Assembly (NCBI GenBank): GCA_004022145.1
Contig: RCNU01000005.1
Origin: Paecilomyces variotii
Lineage: Eukaryota
Strand: one strand, 5' to 3'
DNA: 64,000 nt
Of the stretch, positions 62,651 through 64,000 are shown in pieces. Each line of letters opens with the position of its first letter. Position 1 is the first letter of the stretch. The notes beneath the pieces were generated by a model that was not told where the DNA came from, ran no database searches, and saw only the letters and a program-made list of their open reading frames with translations. A program made the position numbers and the translations under genes.

Positions 62651-64000
62651 TCAGTGCGTAGTCTTCTCGAGGATTGTCTTCAACATCTCGTTTCCAACAC
62701 GGACAGCTTCTGGGAATCGTGGAGCAAAGTAGCTCTGGATGCGCTCGAACCGGTCTTTGTAAGAGCCGAAATCTCCGAAGGAAACGCAGTCGGACCACGC
62801 CTGAGAGAAGATGGTATAGTTAGTAAGATGGTCAATGGGATAATAGTGGAACAACTGTGCAGTAAGATTTCCATCCCGAGACTGGGAAAGAACTAATAAA
62901 CTCGCTGACTTACCCGAGCTGCGAACGTAAATTCCAAGTCATCAGACCGGAATGTGTTGTCATCAATTGCAATGTCCAAGACCTCGTCGAGGAGATCAGG
63001 GTTACGGAAGAGATACTCCGTCACTCCAAGCCAGAGTCGGAAAAGCTTGATACTGTCAGTGCTTCCTTGGTAGAAGAGGTTAACAAAGAGGGGAGGACAC
63101 ATACCGGTGTTGAACAGATCATATGGTCATAGGGAACGATGCCCAGCTTCGACCAGCAGTCCACGATGGCTAGCAGACTAAGATGGTTATTCGGAGGAGC
63201 CTTCTCACGGGATACCTTGGAAAGAGAGAATCGATCAAGAACTTCATCCTTTAACAGCAGATCTTGTCCTTCAGTGCCGGCTTTAAAAACTGCTGCGCCT
63301 GCTGCTTTCACACGCCGTTTCAGTTCTTCTCTGTGACCGCCAATCATCAACTTGTAGAGATCGGTCACTGATTCGGCATATTGTCTGATCTGTTTTTTGG
63401 CCGACGGATTAAGGATAGCCAAACCGGCGTAAACATGCCACTTATTCGCATAGATACGTAACGTGATATTGATCTTGACGTTTTCAATACCTCCAACCCA
63501 ACGGTTGATTTCCCAGGGGAACTGGTTGTTTGCCGCCCAAGCAGTACCCATACTGAGGAAAGCAGCATGTGTAACAGCCTGCGTGTCTGCCGTTATCCGG
63601 TCGTGCATCTCACCAGTGAGATAGACATACTTCGACTCAAATGACGAGAACACTTGTTCAACAAATCTGAGGCTTTTGTCCGTAGCTCGATGCTGGATGA
63701 GTACCTAGCAGACGAAACGTTATCAGACGATCTTGCCCGGGGATATCTGTGAGGTAAGCTCCTACCAGAGGCTGGCCTTTGGGATTAACATTAGGGCCAT
63801 GCAGAGAATGGCATGAGAGGATCTCTACGTCGGGGGGCAAATGTTTATCGAATGCCGCTAACTCTGGCGCTTTGCAGGATGTCTGGCCGCCAACGATGGC
63901 ACCGACCTTCGTTGCTTTCCGGGGGTCAGATACAGAAAGTTGAAGGAGATAGCTATCATCCGGGGCAACATACATGGCCCATACTCGGCGACTACTTTGT
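62651..64000 (-). CDS. TYR1: Prephenate dehydrogenase (NADP+), 3' part (5' end lies beyond the window)
   Basis: GAIVGGQTSCKAPE, CHSLHGP, HDRITADTQAVTHAAFLSMG, KWHVYAGLAILNP, PYDHMICSTP; ends GNEMLKTILEKTTH* at 62651; several introns. Confidence 0.96.

Noticed and set aside
1-64000. CRISPR arrays, intact transposons, tRNAs, PKS/NRPS genes
   Set aside because: None seen; this is eukaryotic DNA dominated by housekeeping genes.

Overview
Gene-dense, intron-containing genomic DNA from a filamentous ascomycete, most likely Eurotiales (short GT-AG introns with CTAAC/CTGAC branch sites). I can support 20 protein-coding genes, two of them cut by the window edges, and one RNA gene. In order: aldo-keto reductase (partial), myo-inositol oxygenase, a 2OG-Fe(II) oxygenase-like protein, a Gfo/Idh/MocA dehydrogenase, a TMEM135-like membrane protein, TOR kinase, a GRE2/DFR-like reductase, an MRP51-like protein, RPS17, RTR1/RPAP2, a BBC1-like SH3 protein, a stand-alone Egt1/EgtB-type sulfoxide synthase, AP-2 beta, EMC4, a DHA1 MFS transporter, kynureninase, ISA2, eIF3L, an aquaglyceroporin, a Zn2Cys6 transcription factor, a branched-chain aminotransferase, a tandem-RRM protein and TYR1 (partial); counting each listed product the total is 23, of which about 20 are confident family calls. 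Three observations stand out: (1) an intact 5S rRNA gene nested in sense orientation inside the only intron of ISA2; (2) an Egt1-type sulfoxide synthase gene lacking the histidine methyltransferase half normally fused to it in fungi; (3) a putative inositol/glucuronate catabolic cluster (AKR, MIOX, Idh-family dehydrogenase) interrupted by an uncharacterised 2OG-Fe(II) oxygenase. Exon boundaries were read by eye, and family calls come from remembered motifs rather than database searches.
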